From the NCBI GenBank assembly GCA_020632075.1, contig JACKGH010000001.1, positions 323,216 to 387,215 on the forward strand: a stretch of 64,000 nucleotides of DNA. The letters are read 5' to 3'. How positions within the stretch are numbered: the first letter of the stretch is position 1; each line of letters opens with the position of its first letter. Made by a program: the position numbers and the translations under genes. The notes under the pieces are model-generated. The model worked only from the letters and a program-made list of their open reading frames with translations, did no database searches and was not told where the DNA came from. Below are positions 1 through 9,872 of this stretch, one piece after another. The stretch comes from Candidatus Nomurabacteria bacterium (GTDB taxonomy: Bacteria; Patescibacteriota; Minisyncoccia; Phycocordibacterales; UBA918).

Positions 1-254
1 CATTGGATACTCTCCACGCACTTCCCAGTGAAAGTGAACCATATCTTCCCAGAAACCTCATCGATTCCTGCCTCGATGACGCCACAATCAAAGATGTCCT
101 TCTTCTCGACAGAGATCTTGTCATGAAAAATACCGACGGATGCTCTGCTAGAAAGCTTGTCTCTCAACAATTCAAGCATCTGTTCAGCTTGTTCTGATTC
201 TCTCGTGAGATCAAATTCTTCTTCTACTTGTTGTTTTAACAACGCATGTGACAT
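1..254 (-). CDS. Hypothetical protein, N-terminal part only (gene runs off the window start). Translation begins MSHALLKQQVEEEFDL...
   Basis: ATG at 254 with GGGGGAG about 7 nt upstream on the minus strand. Open frame continues to position 1. The plus-strand ORF 3-197 is antisense to it and likely spurious. Confidence 0.4.
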   Translation of the reverse strand, partial: MSHALLKQQVEEEFDLTRESEQAEQMLELLRDKLSSRASVGIFHDKISVEKKDIFDCGVIEAGIDEVSGKIWFTFTGKCVESIQ

Positions 255-351
255 ATAGTCACTCCCCCTTATATCTTTTGAACAAAAATTAATGTACAGC
301 CAGATCAAAAAGTAACACGAATCTCATCAGAGTCAACCAACAAACTGTGGG

Positions 352-1560
352 TTAGCCTTGCACCTCAAGCCGATATACCATGTTAAGCGCAATCGAAGCA
401 ACCGCAGCAATAACAAATGTCCAACCGATCGGTATATAAAAAGAAAGAGCTGCAACAGCCAGCAACGCAAGCGTGCGCCCAGAATGTCCCGCCATTTCAC
501 GCATGACCGTATACTCATCTATGTATCTTCCCTGTTCAGCAGACATATCATAGAGAATTGCCTGAAATGGCGTCTTGGTGAAGATCTTTACAATATTGTG
601 GTACAAACCAACAAAGAACACCTGCGCAGCTGAAAGCACGAAGATCTTGAATATCCATCCAAGCGCATAGAGTGAGCTGCCGATCTTCAGTGTCCGCGCC
701 TTTGAATCACTCCCCTTATCAAGATGCTTACCTAACATCAACTGAATGACGATCGTTGCGCCAACTACAATAGTCGAGACCGCCCCGATCTCGAATACAT
801 CACCATCTAAAATTTCATATAGAAAGATCGGCCACACTAACGTACTCACCACCACTTCCATACCGTTTGCGAACTCACCCACTGTGAGCCCTCTTGTCTC
901 TTTGGCAAACAACATCTTCCACGTCTTTTTATTGCTCCACGTATACTTGGTGCGAGTCTCTGGTACAAACGCATACGAAACAGTAGCCGCGATCAAGAGT
1001 GCCACAGCAGTAGCAAATAGTGCATCATAGCCTGCTCTGGAGATGATAAAGCCTGCTAAAATCGGGCCGATCACCCCCATAAACGCTATAGTCGCAAAGG
1101 ATAAGCTCACCTGCCTTCCCCGTTCGCCATCGGTAGTAAACTTAGTGAAATCTACGTGATACGGCACCCAGTGAAAGATCCGAAATCCAACAATTACTAG
1201 TGCCAACGGTGGCAGAATGTACCAGATATTATCGGCATCAAGAAAATACATCATGCTGTACAAAATGACACTAAAAATACCACCAAGTACCAACGAGCGA
1301 CTGAATCCTAGTCTGTTGGCAATAAACATCCCTGGCACCAACAGAAACACATAGAGCAGCGACAATATTGCGTAGTAGATACCAACGACATAAAATTGCT
1401 CTCCAGCAGTTTCATATAGAAAGATCGGCACAAAGATACCAAGAATTGCCGTGGCAGCACCCTGGATCAGACGTTTTGAGATAAACAACTTAACGAAACC
1501 ATCACCCTTCTTCCCTACGCGTCGTCGGTGACGACGCAATACTCGTGTTAGTTGTTCCAT
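352..1560 (-). CDS. MFS-type transporter (12-TM membrane protein)
   Basis: 402-aa ORF that is highly hydrophobic, with repeated TM segments and Gly/Pro-rich loops typical of the major facilitator superfamily. Confidence 0.65.
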   Translation of the reverse strand: MEQLTRVLRRHRRRVGKKGDGFVKLFISKRLIQGAATAILGIFVPIFLYETAGEQFYVVGIYYAILSLLYVFLLVPGMFIANRLGFSRSLVLGGIFSVILYSMMYFLDADNIWYILPPLALVIVGFRIFHWVPYHVDFTKFTTDGERGRQVSLSFATIAFMGVIGPILAGFIISRAGYDALFATAVALLIAATVSYAFVPETRTKYTWSNKKTWKMLFAKETRGLTVGEFANGMEVVVSTLVWPIFLYEILDGDVFEIGAVSTIVVGATIVIQLMLGKHLDKGSDSKARTLKIGSSLYALGWIFKIFVLSAAQVFFVGLYHNIVKIFTKTPFQAILYDMSAEQGRYIDEYTVMREMAGHSGRTLALLAVAALSFYIPIGWTFVIAAVASIALNMVYRLEVQG

Positions 1561-1562
1561 AC

Positions 1563-2021
1563 TTATTTTTCTGCCATCTTAAGAATCCGATCAAAATGCG
1601 ACTTTTTCACTTCCATCACAGACAAGCGACTACCCTTCTGCACAAGCGGTAGATCAGACAGACTTTTCTGCTGCTTGATCTCGACCAAGGTCACGATCCG
1701 AGGCAATGTGCGCTTATATCGTACATCAACACACAACCAGCGAGGGTTTTCAGGGTCTGACTTTGGGTCTGGGTGTTCACTTTTTGGATCAAACTGCGTC
1801 GGGTCTGGGTAGGCCTCTTTAACAATTTCCATTACCCCTGCGACACCGATCTCTTTAGCATTTGAATGGTAAAAAAGCGCCAGGTCACCCTTCTTCATAT
1901 CGTCACGCATCATATTGCGGACTTGGTAGTTTCGGACACCGTCCCACATCCCTATCTTCTCTCGTTTCAGATCGTCGATCGAATAACAATCCGGTTCACT
2001 TTTCATCAGCCAGTATTTCAT
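1563..2021 (-). CDS. EVE (PUA-like) domain protein
   Basis: N-terminus MKYWLMKSEPD..YSIDDL, plus WDGVRNYQVRN and DLALFYHSN motifs characteristic of the EVE domain. Its ATG overlaps the stop of the upstream small ORF (ATGA). Confidence 0.8.
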   Translation of the reverse strand: MKYWLMKSEPDCYSIDDLKREKIGMWDGVRNYQVRNMMRDDMKKGDLALFYHSNAKEIGVAGVMEIVKEAYPDPTQFDPKSEHPDPKSDPENPRWLCVDVRYKRTLPRIVTLVEIKQQKSLSDLPLVQKGSRLSVMEVKKSHFDRILKMAEK

Positions 2022-2278
2022 ATAGTTGCTTGGACTAAATAGCTCGTAATAATATTTAGTACAAATGCAACGAGCATAAGAAGGAGCGATACAAGTAATC
2101 CTCTTTTCTTTACTGACATCTTTTTAAACCTTTTATGAATATAAGTAACTAGTGTATAGCAAAAATACAAAAACGACGCGCACAAAAATAATCTTGCGAC
2201 TAAAAGATACCAAGAGAAACTACAACCAAACCAACCATAGCATGATTTACCTAATTCAAAGAAGAGTTCTTCAAGCAT
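2018..2278 (-). CDS. Small hydrophobic membrane protein (possibly only the C-terminal ~33 aa from the internal Met is real)
   Basis: ORF with TM helices. Translationally coupled to the EVE gene by an ATGA overlap. No clear RBS. Confidence 0.25.
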   Translation of the reverse strand: MLEELFFELGKSCYGWFGCSFSWYLLVARLFLCASFLYFCYTLVTYIHKRFKKMSVKKRGLLVSLLLMLVAFVLNIITSYLVQATI

Positions 2279-2329
2279 GAACTAATTGTACCGCGAGCTC
2301 CTTCAAAATTAGCATTTTTACCAACAAAC

Positions 2330-2361
2330 AAACCGGCCGGCCCCGAAGGGGCCGGCCGGTT
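2330..2361. terminator. Perfect GC-rich palindrome aaaccggccggcccc-gaa-ggggccggccggttt; likely bidirectional intrinsic terminator
   Basis: 14-bp perfect stem with a GAA loop, flanked by A/T runs. Lies just downstream of the 2366-2797 gene on the minus strand. Confidence 0.7.
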
Positions 2362-2365
2362 TGTA

Positions 2366-2797
2366 TTAGAAGTTTGCCGCCAGAGCTCCGCCCCAACATG
2401 GCATTGATGCACTCCACGGCTGGGTACCCTGTTTCTCATAGAGATAACGAGCGTACGCCATATTGTCGTAGATATCATCAAGATTCAATTCCATTGCAAC
2501 GGCTGTAGACTCGTGGTAACGCTTGTTGATTTGCATTACCCCAGTATCAGCGGGATCGACTCGACCCTGAAGGATCGAACCATCTGCGAGAGTGTGTCGG
2601 AACGTTGATTCACAACGAGCGACTTCGATCATGACCGGAATATCGCTAAAATATTCACGGACAATCTGTTCAGTCTGCCCAGCAGTAGCAACCTGTTGCT
2701 CTACTGCCACATCCTCGGTACTTGCAATGTGTCCATACGCTGTTTCCTCTACTGCTACTGTCGAGACAGTTGCTGCGGTAAACAACGCGAGAATCAC
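2366..2797 (-). CDS. Secreted lytic transglycosylase-like protein (SLT/lysozyme-like domain)
   Basis: N-terminal hydrophobic signal. ARCESTFRH (catalytic Glu-Ser) and GVMQIN motifs resemble the ES...GLMQ signature of SLT-domain transglycosylases. Confidence 0.55.
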   Translation of the reverse strand: MILALFTAATVSTVAVEETAYGHIASTEDVAVEQQVATAGQTEQIVREYFSDIPVMIEVARCESTFRHTLADGSILQGRVDPADTGVMQINKRYHESTAVAMELNLDDIYDNMAYARYLYEKQGTQPWSASMPCWGGALAANF

Positions 2798-2964
2798 AGT
2801 CGATATAATAAGCCAAAGGTCTTATCTTTTAAGTACCGGTATGAAGAATCGCTGCCGATCAATGATCAGGGCGACACCGATAACCGCAAAACTATAGCAT
2901 ACGCAGCGGATTTTTTATATAATAGCATAATTATCAGTTTTTGTCAATTTATATCTCTGACGAA

Positions 2965-2989
2965 TAAAAAAGGCCCCGCAGGGCCTTTT
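2965..2989. terminator. Hairpin aaaaaaggcccc-gca-gggcctttt, an intrinsic terminator with flanking A/T runs
   Basis: 6-bp GC stem with a T-run. Sits immediately downstream of the stop of the minus-strand gene 2999-3403. Confidence 0.65.
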
Positions 2990-2998
2990 GTTAGAGCC

Positions 2999-3403
2999 TC
3001 AAAACGAGGCTAACCCACTACCGATCTGCCCTTCAAGAGAGCGTAAGGCCGGATCTGGTGGCATGCGGCGGTGAATCAGCTCCCTATCGTCGGCCGTTAC
3101 TGCTCGTTTAAGTGCCAGATCGAGAACAGCACGCTCCATTGTCAGCTTGTTCTCAGATCCAACAGCAGCGTGCTCACTGATGATCACATTGACCCACAAC
3201 AGCTCAGCCAGAGTGGCTTGCGTCCGCAGATAGGGTAATATCTTGACGAACGTCTGTACATCAATGGGACATACACGTCGCGCATCCGCCTTCCCTCCCC
3301 TCGAAGAGAGCAGTCGCAATTCACCAAGCAGTGTCAGCAGAGGATCTGATATGTCCTCTGGTACGGTAAACTGATCTGTTTCACCAAGACTATTCATAAC
3401 CAT
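2999..3403 (-). CDS. Hypothetical protein (134 aa from internal Met MVMNSLGETDQF...)
   Basis: The track ORF (to 3532) reads through the terminator hairpin at 3483-3515. ATG at 3403 is preceded by GGAGGTGG with 7 nt spacing, so the shorter start is preferred. Confidence 0.5.
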   Translation of the reverse strand: MVMNSLGETDQFTVPEDISDPLLTLLGELRLLSSRGGKADARRVCPIDVQTFVKILPYLRTQATLAELLWVNVIISEHAAVGSENKLTMERAVLDLALKRAVTADDRELIHRRMPPDPALRSLEGQIGSGLASF

Positions 3404-3482
3404 AAGACCACCTCCACGTGATACTGGTTTTGTTGTAAGAACACTATCTTGAAGAGTGCCAGAACAATTGTAAAAATGCAAC

Positions 3483-3515
3483 GAACGGGCGGCTCCCTTT
3501 GGGAGCCGCCCGTTC
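3483..3515 (-). terminator. Intrinsic terminator of the SPFH gene: gaacgggcggctccc-ttt-gggagccgcccgttc
   Basis: 15-bp perfect stem immediately after the stop at 3533, followed on the minus strand by tgcattttta. Confidence 0.75.
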
Positions 3516-3532
3516 ACAACACTTAATACCAA

Positions 3533-4318
3533 CTACTTCTCTTGTTTTACAGCTTTTTCTGCAGTACTCACTTCAAGCCAATCCTTCATACTCTCAACTG
3601 CGCGCAATACTTCGATCGGCGTAGCAAACACGACAGTGTTTGATTGATCTGATGAAAGATCATTGAGCGTTTGTAGTGTACGCAAGTGTAGTGCACCTGG
3701 AGCACTCGAGAGCATTGCAGCCGCTTTAGTAATATTTTCAGCAGCAACCACTTCTCCTTCTGCCTTAATGATGACCGCTCGACGTTCACGTTCAGCCTCA
3801 GCCTGCTTTGCAATGGTTCGCTCCATCTCGTCAGGCAAGAAAAAGTCTTTCAACTCTACATTGTCTACCTTGATACCCCACTGATCCGTCTCGGTATCAA
3901 TGATCGTACGGATCTGTTCAGAAAGTTTGTCTCGCTCTGCTAGCACTTCGTCGAGCTCAGCGCTACCCACCACATTACGCATAGTTGTTTGTGCGAGCTG
4001 CGAAACAGCGTACCGGAAATTTTCTACTTCAAGCACTGCTTTAGCAGCATCTGCCACTTTGTAGTAGATCACAGCGTTGATACTGGCAGAAACGTTATCG
4101 CGTGTGATCACCTTTTGATCAGGCACATCAACTGCCTTTACGCGTAAGTCTACTTTTTCCAAACTTTGAAAAACCGGCACCACGATCCGCCAACCTGGGT
4201 TTTTCATGCCGGTAAACCTACCCATAGTCAGCATCACGCCTCGTTCGTACTGCTTTACTTCTCGCAAGAAGATGACAGCAAGAACAATGACAATAACAAC
4301 AATAGTCAATAATTCCAT
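3533..4318 (-). CDS. SPFH/Band-7 (stomatin/HflC-like) membrane protein
   Basis: N-terminal TM helix followed by a conserved SPFH core (ERGVMLTMGRF..., RVKAVDVPDQKVITRDN) and a C-terminal coiled region rich in AEAERERRA. Confidence 0.85.
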   Translation of the reverse strand: MELLTIVVIVIVLAVIFLREVKQYERGVMLTMGRFTGMKNPGWRIVVPVFQSLEKVDLRVKAVDVPDQKVITRDNVSASINAVIYYKVADAAKAVLEVENFRYAVSQLAQTTMRNVVGSAELDEVLAERDKLSEQIRTIIDTETDQWGIKVDNVELKDFFLPDEMERTIAKQAEAERERRAVIIKAEGEVVAAENITKAAAMLSSAPGALHLRTLQTLNDLSSDQSNTVVFATPIEVLRAVESMKDWLEVSTAEKAVKQEK

Positions 4319-4357
4319 ATGTAAGCATTAAGCTTATAACGTGTCTGTACTGTACAC

Positions 4358-5197
4358 CTACTTGGCTTGCTTGAGAAGTCCCATTGCACCGTAGAGCCCA
4401 GCTTCGTCGCCAAGCTTTGCCATAGTGATAAGTGGCGCTTCGACAAAGCCATCGAGTGCTTCAACGGTGTATTTGCGGATCGCATCGATCTCGATCCGTG
4501 GGTCACCGGTGATCATCGAACCACCAAGTACAATCGCATCTGGCGACCAATACAAAATTGTATTCCGTAATCCTTGTGCTAAGTATTCTGCCAATTCTTC
4601 CCAGAGCACGTCTGTTTGAGGGATCTCATACGGTTTTACTCCAAATCGTTCTTCAACCGCGTTCCCTGAAACAAGATTTTCAAGCGTTGGTGTGATTTCC
4701 TCACCTAAAATAGTGCGGTCGATATCAAGCACTTGATGTCCTGGTTCAAACCCAACACTTGCCAAGTCGATCTGCCCATTCTCGATCTTAACTCCACCTA
4801 CGCCCGTACTGACCGTATGAAACGCAACGATCTCCATCCCCTTACCTGCGCCGTATACCGCTTCGCCAACGCCAGCTATTGCAGCATCATTCTCTAGTGT
4901 TACTGGCACATCGAAGTACGCGATCAGCTCGTCTGCCACAGACTTCCCTCCCCACTTAGTCAACACACCATCATGAAGAATGCCTGTCTTGTCTTCATTG
5001 AGTGGGCCACGAATACCACCAGCGATCGCCTTTGGTTTTTTATCAGTCATCTCTGCGACTGCTTCAGCGATCTTTTTTACTCCTTTTTCAAAATCATTTG
5101 GCGTACTAAATGAAACATTCTTATCAAGCTTTTCTAGGTCACTCGAAACCGCCACGCGTGTCTTGGTGCCACCGATATCAAATACTACGTAAGTCAT
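4358..5197 (-). CDS. ROK-family sugar kinase (glucokinase-like)
   Basis: N-terminal VVFDIGGTKTRVAV ATP-binding motif, plus ROK-type GxGxGG and GHQVLD motifs. Confidence 0.8.
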   Translation of the reverse strand: MTYVVFDIGGTKTRVAVSSDLEKLDKNVSFSTPNDFEKGVKKIAEAVAEMTDKKPKAIAGGIRGPLNEDKTGILHDGVLTKWGGKSVADELIAYFDVPVTLENDAAIAGVGEAVYGAGKGMEIVAFHTVSTGVGGVKIENGQIDLASVGFEPGHQVLDIDRTILGEEITPTLENLVSGNAVEERFGVKPYEIPQTDVLWEELAEYLAQGLRNTILYWSPDAIVLGGSMITGDPRIEIDAIRKYTVEALDGFVEAPLITMAKLGDEAGLYGAMGLLKQAK

Positions 5198-5700
5198 GGG
5201 ATAATTTTATCACGAAGTTCTCGCCAAACGACAGGAAATGAGCTGGTGAATTCGTCAGGATTCTGCTCCATGTGTGCAGTCAGGTCGTCTGGATCAAACC
5301 AGATCACTTCATCAACCTCATCCTTGTTGTAGGTAAATTCAGCCGAATCACCCACTACAGTTCGGTAAATACCATTGAAATGAAACTCTGTACGGTACGA
5401 CGTTACGATCTCATCGAGTGGGACATCTGAAATACCGAGCTCTTCTGTCATCTCACGAACTGCAGCTTCGAGATATGTCTCGCCCTCATCGACATGCCCT
5501 CCGACCGACTGATCAAGCAAACACGGGTGGAGTACCTCTGCGCTACGACGTTGCACTAGGATCTGCCCGGCTTGATTGAACACAAACACTCGAGAAGCTC
5601 TGCGAATATGACCGGCCGCTCTCGCCTCCATCATATCCATTACCCCTATTTCATTATCCTTGTCGTCGACAACTATGATCTTATTGTGCACTTCAGTCAT
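5194..5700 (-). CDS. NUDIX hydrolase (IDI/MutT-like)
   Basis: NUDIX box GGHVDEGETYLEAAVREMTEELGI. Overlaps the ROK kinase start (ATGA). Confidence 0.8.
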   Translation of the reverse strand: MTEVHNKIIVVDDKDNEIGVMDMMEARAAGHIRRASRVFVFNQAGQILVQRRSAEVLHPCLLDQSVGGHVDEGETYLEAAVREMTEELGISDVPLDEIVTSYRTEFHFNGIYRTVVGDSAEFTYNKDEVDEVIWFDPDDLTAHMEQNPDEFTSSFPVVWRELRDKIIP

Positions 5701-5703
5701 ATC

Positions 5704-6954
5704 TTACAGTCCGAGAATTCCACGGGTTTTGATCTTGTACAGCTCCACGTTTGGTTGATCAAAGGCATTGAGATTCAGAAGTTCTGCCACATACATAGTT
5801 TCGAGCATCCGCATACCCATGAAAAGTCCAAGCGAATACGGAAGCTCTTCAGTGAAAATCGTTGCTCGGTGTGACAGACCGCGCTCTTGATACGCTCCAA
5901 TGACGCCGCCGTATATCGCAGTTGCGACTTCCTGCATATCGAACTTGCCGTACCGCTTGGCAAGACCCTTTTTGGGCACGCTGTAATTATCATCGTAGTC
6001 AAAGGTAACAAAATCTGTGTAGACTCCTGCAAATCCACTGAGATATAGTTGTCCAACTGAATGCAGCTCGGTTGGTGTCGAGATGGTTGGCACCACGCCT
6101 TTGGTGAATTTCTTACCACTACGATCTTTTTCTTTGCCAATACTTTCTGCGAAGAGCTGGCGGTACCAGGCGCCGAGCGTAGCGAGGCGCGGTTCAAATG
6201 CGAAGAAGTTGTAACTGCGATAGTTCTTATTGAGATACACAGCGATTCTGGCAGCATTTTCCGCTACCACTGACTCGAACTCAAGGGTTGTCGCATCAAG
6301 CACACCAGAAATGAAGGCGTCGGTGTCATGTCCAAGTAACGCAAGCGGTACCAATCCAACTTCTGTCGCCACCGAATACCGACCACCAACGATCTCCGGC
6401 ATCGCGACAGTTGTAACACCAAGCCGCTTCCCTGTTTTCATGAAGTCAGTGTCAGGATTGCCGATGAAAATTGTTTGCGCGTAGATCGCCTTCTTGAATT
6501 TTTGCTCTAGTGCATCGAGTAACACTCCAGCATTCACCAGCGTCTCAGCGGTGTTGCCAGATTTACTGATCACACAAACTGCAACTTTACTGGCCGAGCG
6601 AACTGACTTGAGTGATGCAAGTAGCATACTCATGTTGTGTACAGAAATTGTATCGAGTGAATGCAGTGTCACATTATCTTCACCAAGTGCTTCGTGAATG
6701 GCTTTAGTACCAAGATCAGACCCACCGATACCAACCAGCACCAGGTGTTGGATGCCCTTGAACTGCTTCTTGATCGTGTCGAGCGTGTCGTGCAAGTCTG
6801 GTTGCTGTGCATGCACGAGCGAATACTCGTTTGCTGCACTGTCGTTATGCTCTTTTACACTTTGTACGTGCGCGCGATACTTTTTTAATTTCTTAACTCC
6901 TCGGTCTATCGCAACAGGTGTCACAGCCTCGCGGTCAAAGTAAGAAAAATACAT
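5704..6954 (-). CDS. pgi: Glucose-6-phosphate isomerase
   Basis: LVLVGIGGSDLG SIS-domain motif and overall bacterial/archaeal short-type PGI-like organisation, 416 aa. Confidence 0.85.
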   Translation of the reverse strand: MYFSYFDREAVTPVAIDRGVKKLKKYRAHVQSVKEHNDSAANEYSLVHAQQPDLHDTLDTIKKQFKGIQHLVLVGIGGSDLGTKAIHEALGEDNVTLHSLDTISVHNMSMLLASLKSVRSASKVAVCVISKSGNTAETLVNAGVLLDALEQKFKKAIYAQTIFIGNPDTDFMKTGKRLGVTTVAMPEIVGGRYSVATEVGLVPLALLGHDTDAFISGVLDATTLEFESVVAENAARIAVYLNKNYRSYNFFAFEPRLATLGAWYRQLFAESIGKEKDRSGKKFTKGVVPTISTPTELHSVGQLYLSGFAGVYTDFVTFDYDDNYSVPKKGLAKRYGKFDMQEVATAIYGGVIGAYQERGLSHRATIFTEELPYSLGLFMGMRMLETMYVAELLNLNAFDQPNVELYKIKTRGILGL

Positions 6955-6956
6955 GG

Positions 6957-7694
6957 TTAGATCTGTCTGACGTTTTTAATCTTTTTAACTTCATTCGTAA
7001 TATGCTTGAACGCTTCATCAACACTATCAACCATATGGAAGATCTGAAGATCCTCAGCGCTGATAGTCTGATGTTTTTTGAGAAGATCATTCTTGAAGAA
7101 CTGCATGAGCGGCTCCCAATAGTCTCGTCCGTAGAGCACAACCGGGATCGGTTCGATCTTTTTGGTTTGGATGAGCGTTACGATTTCGAAGAATTCATCA
7201 AGTGTGCCGAAGCCACCTGGAAAATAGACATACACTTCTGATGCAAACGTGAGCATCACTTTGCGTGAAAAGAAGAACTCAAAGCTTTGTGACTGGGTGG
7301 TATACGGATTGAGCTTTTGTTCAAACGGAAGCTCGATATTAAGACCAACTGACTTACCGCCTACCTTAAAGGCGCCGACATTTGACGCCTCCATGATACC
7401 TGGTCCGCCACCTGAAATGATCGAGAAGCCTTTCTTTGCTAACTTTGCAGCCAACTCTTCAGCATCTTTGTAGTACTTATCTTCAGGATTGGTACGCGCA
7501 CTGCCCCAGAAAGTCGCAGCGAGGCCGTGCTCACGTAAGAGCTCAAAGCCCTGCACAAACTCTGCCATAATGCGAAACACGCGCCATGATTGCACCGCGT
7601 CTCCATCAGCGCATTTTGGGTCTAGCAGCTCAGTTACAACACGTGACTGCTCTGCTCCCTTTTTAGTTTTGTTCCGTTTATTATTTCCAAACAT
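6957..7694 (-). CDS. LOG-family protein (TIGR00730, cytokinin riboside 5'-monophosphate phosphoribohydrolase-like)
   Basis: GGGPGIMEA and PGGFGTLDE motifs. The track ORF start at 7793 reads through the hairpin at 7728-7752. The internal ATG at 7694 (MFGNNKRNK...) has GGTGG upstream and is preferred. Confidence 0.8.
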   Translation of the reverse strand: MFGNNKRNKTKKGAEQSRVVTELLDPKCADGDAVQSWRVFRIMAEFVQGFELLREHGLAATFWGSARTNPEDKYYKDAEELAAKLAKKGFSIISGGGPGIMEASNVGAFKVGGKSVGLNIELPFEQKLNPYTTQSQSFEFFFSRKVMLTFASEVYVYFPGGFGTLDEFFEIVTLIQTKKIEPIPVVLYGRDYWEPLMQFFKNDLLKKHQTISAEDLQIFHMVDSVDEAFKHITNEVKKIKNVRQI

Positions 7695-7727
7695 GTTGGT
7701 ATTGTACCACCATGAAACGGGCCGCGG

Positions 7728-7752
7728 CGAAGCCGCGGCCCGTGCAGTGGAC
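7728..7752 (-). terminator. Hairpin cgggccgcggc-gaa-gccgcggcccg downstream of the exonuclease gene
   Basis: 11-bp GC stem with a GAA loop, 13 nt after the stop at 7765. Confidence 0.5.
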
Positions 7753-7764
7753 AAAATCAGACTT

Positions 7765-8364
7765 CTACAACCAAGGTATCTCGTACTGATCAAACTCTGG
7801 CAGTAGTTTCTTGTCGTATAACAAACGCGATGTAACCTCCGCGTGGCAGAGCGCCCCGGTGAGTGCGTTGTGTGGGTCTGGCTCCGCTGGAATGCCGCAG
7901 TAATTGAGGACGGCGTCTAGGTTGAGCGCGCTTCGCTTTCGCTCTTTGTCAATTGGTGGCGTAAAACCAGCCTTGATCATATGCATCCAGCACATGGTAT
8001 GTGTATCGAGTGTTCGATATGCCATGTCCCAATTCATGCCCGCACGCTCAACTCCGGCCTTCAACATATCGCGATCAAATGACACATTTTGGCCAGTCAG
8101 CGTCCGATCTTTGATCGGCTCTGACCAAGCCATGAAGTTTCGCACCAACTCAGCTTCGGTCATTTTATTTGGATCGGTCACCTCAGCTTCAGTAAAACCG
8201 TTCACCTCAAGCGCACCTTCCATAATATGTGCCCCATCCCATATCCGACACTCGCCATAGAAGCGATTGGTTGGATCGTCCATATCAATTGCACCAATAG
8301 AGACGATCGAGTGTTTTTCGTAGTTTGTGCCAGAGCCTTCAATGTCTAAAATAAGCATGGACAT
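7765..8364 (-). CDS. DEDDh-type 3'-5' exonuclease (DnaQ-like)
   Basis: Exo I motif LILDIEGSG, FDRDML and an H..D-type C-terminal motif region typical of DnaQ-like exonucleases. Confidence 0.7.
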   Translation of the reverse strand: MSMLILDIEGSGTNYEKHSIVSIGAIDMDDPTNRFYGECRIWDGAHIMEGALEVNGFTEAEVTDPNKMTEAELVRNFMAWSEPIKDRTLTGQNVSFDRDMLKAGVERAGMNWDMAYRTLDTHTMCWMHMIKAGFTPPIDKERKRSALNLDAVLNYCGIPAEPDPHNALTGALCHAEVTSRLLYDKKLLPEFDQYEIPWL

Positions 8365-8451
8365 AGTATAGCAAAGTTGGCCGGCGCCTTCCTTTGGTCG
8401 ATTTTTATGCTAGTCTTCTGACAGCATCACCAATACGGAGGTTCTTTACAG

Positions 8452-9132
8452 ATGCGATTTGTACTACCAAACTCGATCCCTTGCGAATCAACCACATGGC
8501 ATCGACTGCGTTCCCTGGTCGGGCAGGATGCGCTACGCCTCATTTCTGAGGAAGCATTTCATCAAGTGGTGCTGGCATATTCTGAACCGTGGCGTCAATA
8601 TCATACCTTGGACCACATCACAAGCCTGCTCCAGGCCCTGCGATCCTTGCGAGACCTCAACCTGTCAGCAGACGAGATGACGGCGCTCCGCCTGGCCATT
8701 TTGTATCACGATGTCGTGTATAAAATAGGCAGAAGCAGTCCAGGCTTTAATGAGATATCAAGTGCACTACAGGCTCAAAATGATATTAGCTTTCGACGAG
8801 GTAGCCAAGATTACGAGATCATACGTATCGTTATAGAGTCAATTGAGGCAACTATTGATCACCGGTTAACTCTTGTGCACCAACATCGTCAAAAGGTTGC
8901 AGCTCTCATGATCGACCTTGACCTGGCCGGCCTCGGTGACACACCTGGGAAATTCGACCGTGCAAGCGAACTCGTCTGGCTAGAGCATCAGCCGGTATAC
9001 ACGCGTGATGAGTTTGATGCTGGTCGGTCAAAATGGGCCGCTGGATTTCTCGCGCGAGACAAGATCTTTCAGACTGAATACTTCCAGCATCTGGAGGCAC
9101 GAGCACGTGCCAATCTGGAACGACTGGTGTAA
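8452..9132 (+). CDS. HD-domain metal-dependent phosphohydrolase-like protein
   Basis: WRQYHTLDH ... AILYHDVVY gives the H...HD spacing of the HD superfamily. GGAGG sits 10 nt upstream of the ATG. Followed by a terminator at 9142-9172. Confidence 0.5.
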   Translation: MRFVLPNSIPCESTTWHRLRSLVGQDALRLISEEAFHQVVLAYSEPWRQYHTLDHITSLLQALRSLRDLNLSADEMTALRLAILYHDVVYKIGRSSPGFNEISSALQAQNDISFRRGSQDYEIIRIVIESIEATIDHRLTLVHQHRQKVAALMIDLDLAGLGDTPGKFDRASELVWLEHQPVYTRDEFDAGRSKWAAGFLARDKIFQTEYFQHLEARARANLERLV

Positions 9133-9141
9133 CAGCACATC

Positions 9142-9172
9142 GGCCGGATCCCTAAAGGGATCCGGCCATTTT
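9142..9172 (+). terminator. Intrinsic terminator ggccggatccc-taaa-gggatccggcc-atttt
   Basis: 11-bp stem with a T-run, directly after the stop of the 8452-9132 gene. Confidence 0.8.
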
Positions 9173-9175
9173 CTA

Positions 9176-9532
9176 TTACAGACCCGGGCAGTTGGCGGCC
9201 GGCGTGTAGCCGGCCGCCTCGGCAAGTGCAAAAGATTCAAAATACACTTTATTTTCTTCCTTGATCTGCGCCACTCCAGGACAATCAAGCAAATGATACT
9301 TAGTGCCAGAACGAGACGCGACCACCTGGGTGGTGCTTTGAGTAGATTCAGTGACAATCTCAGTCATAGGAGGTGCCTCAGAGAAGATAACTCCCGCGGC
9401 CGGCGAAGCCGGCCGCAACTCCCCTGCTACCGAGCGCTGACCTAACCCAAAAGAAACAATACCCACCAGTATCAAAAGTGTTACAAAATAAAGGCTATCA
9501 TCGGCCAACCAGGACTTGAGTTTTTCGTTCAT
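9176..9532 (-). CDS. Membrane-anchored protein with a C-terminal Ada-Zn-binding-like domain (YH..DC...ENKVYF...AGYxP..C)
   Basis: Start moved to the internal ATG at 9532 (MNEKLKSW...) because the longer track ORF overlaps rpmA. It has an N-terminal TM helix. The C-terminal 45 aa match the Cys/His spacing pattern of the Ada N-terminal metal-binding fold. Confidence 0.45.
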   Translation of the reverse strand: MNEKLKSWLADDSLYFVTLLILVGIVSFGLGQRSVAGELRPASPAAGVIFSEAPPMTEIVTESTQSTTQVVASRSGTKYHLLDCPGVAQIKEENKVYFESFALAEAAGYTPAANCPGL

Positions 9533-9581
9533 ATATCGTATACTCTTCGCCGTTACATAATACCATTTATTCAATAATCGT

Positions 9582-9863
9582 ATGGCAACCAAAAAAGCTG
9601 GCGGAACCGCCAAAAACCTGCGCGATTCACAACCAAAATACCTTGGAGTGAAGCGCGCAGACGGTCAAATGGTGAAGACCGGCGAAATCATCGTCCGCCA
9701 GCGCGGCACCAAAATTGAAGCTGGTAAGGGTGTAAAGGCTGGAAAAGACCACACACTCTTTGCAATGATCGACGGTGTCGTATCATTCCGAAACATGCGA
9801 AAGACTGACTTCACTGGCAAGACCAAGACTAAGAAGGCAGTAGACGTACTCCAGGCAGCGTAA
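9582..9863 (+). CDS. rpmA: 50S ribosomal protein L27
   Basis: [25 protein letters not shown]... is the canonical bL27 sequence. Confidence 0.95.
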   Translation: MATKKAGGTAKNLRDSQPKYLGVKRADGQMVKTGEIIVRQRGTKIEAGKGVKAGKDHTLFAMIDGVVSFRNMRKTDFTGKTKTKKAVDVLQAA

Positions 9864-9872
9864 GTTGCATAA

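Noticed and set aside
3-197. 64-aa plus-strand ORF at the window start
   Set aside because: Antisense to a better-supported minus-strand ORF (RBS plus ATG at 254) that runs off the window.
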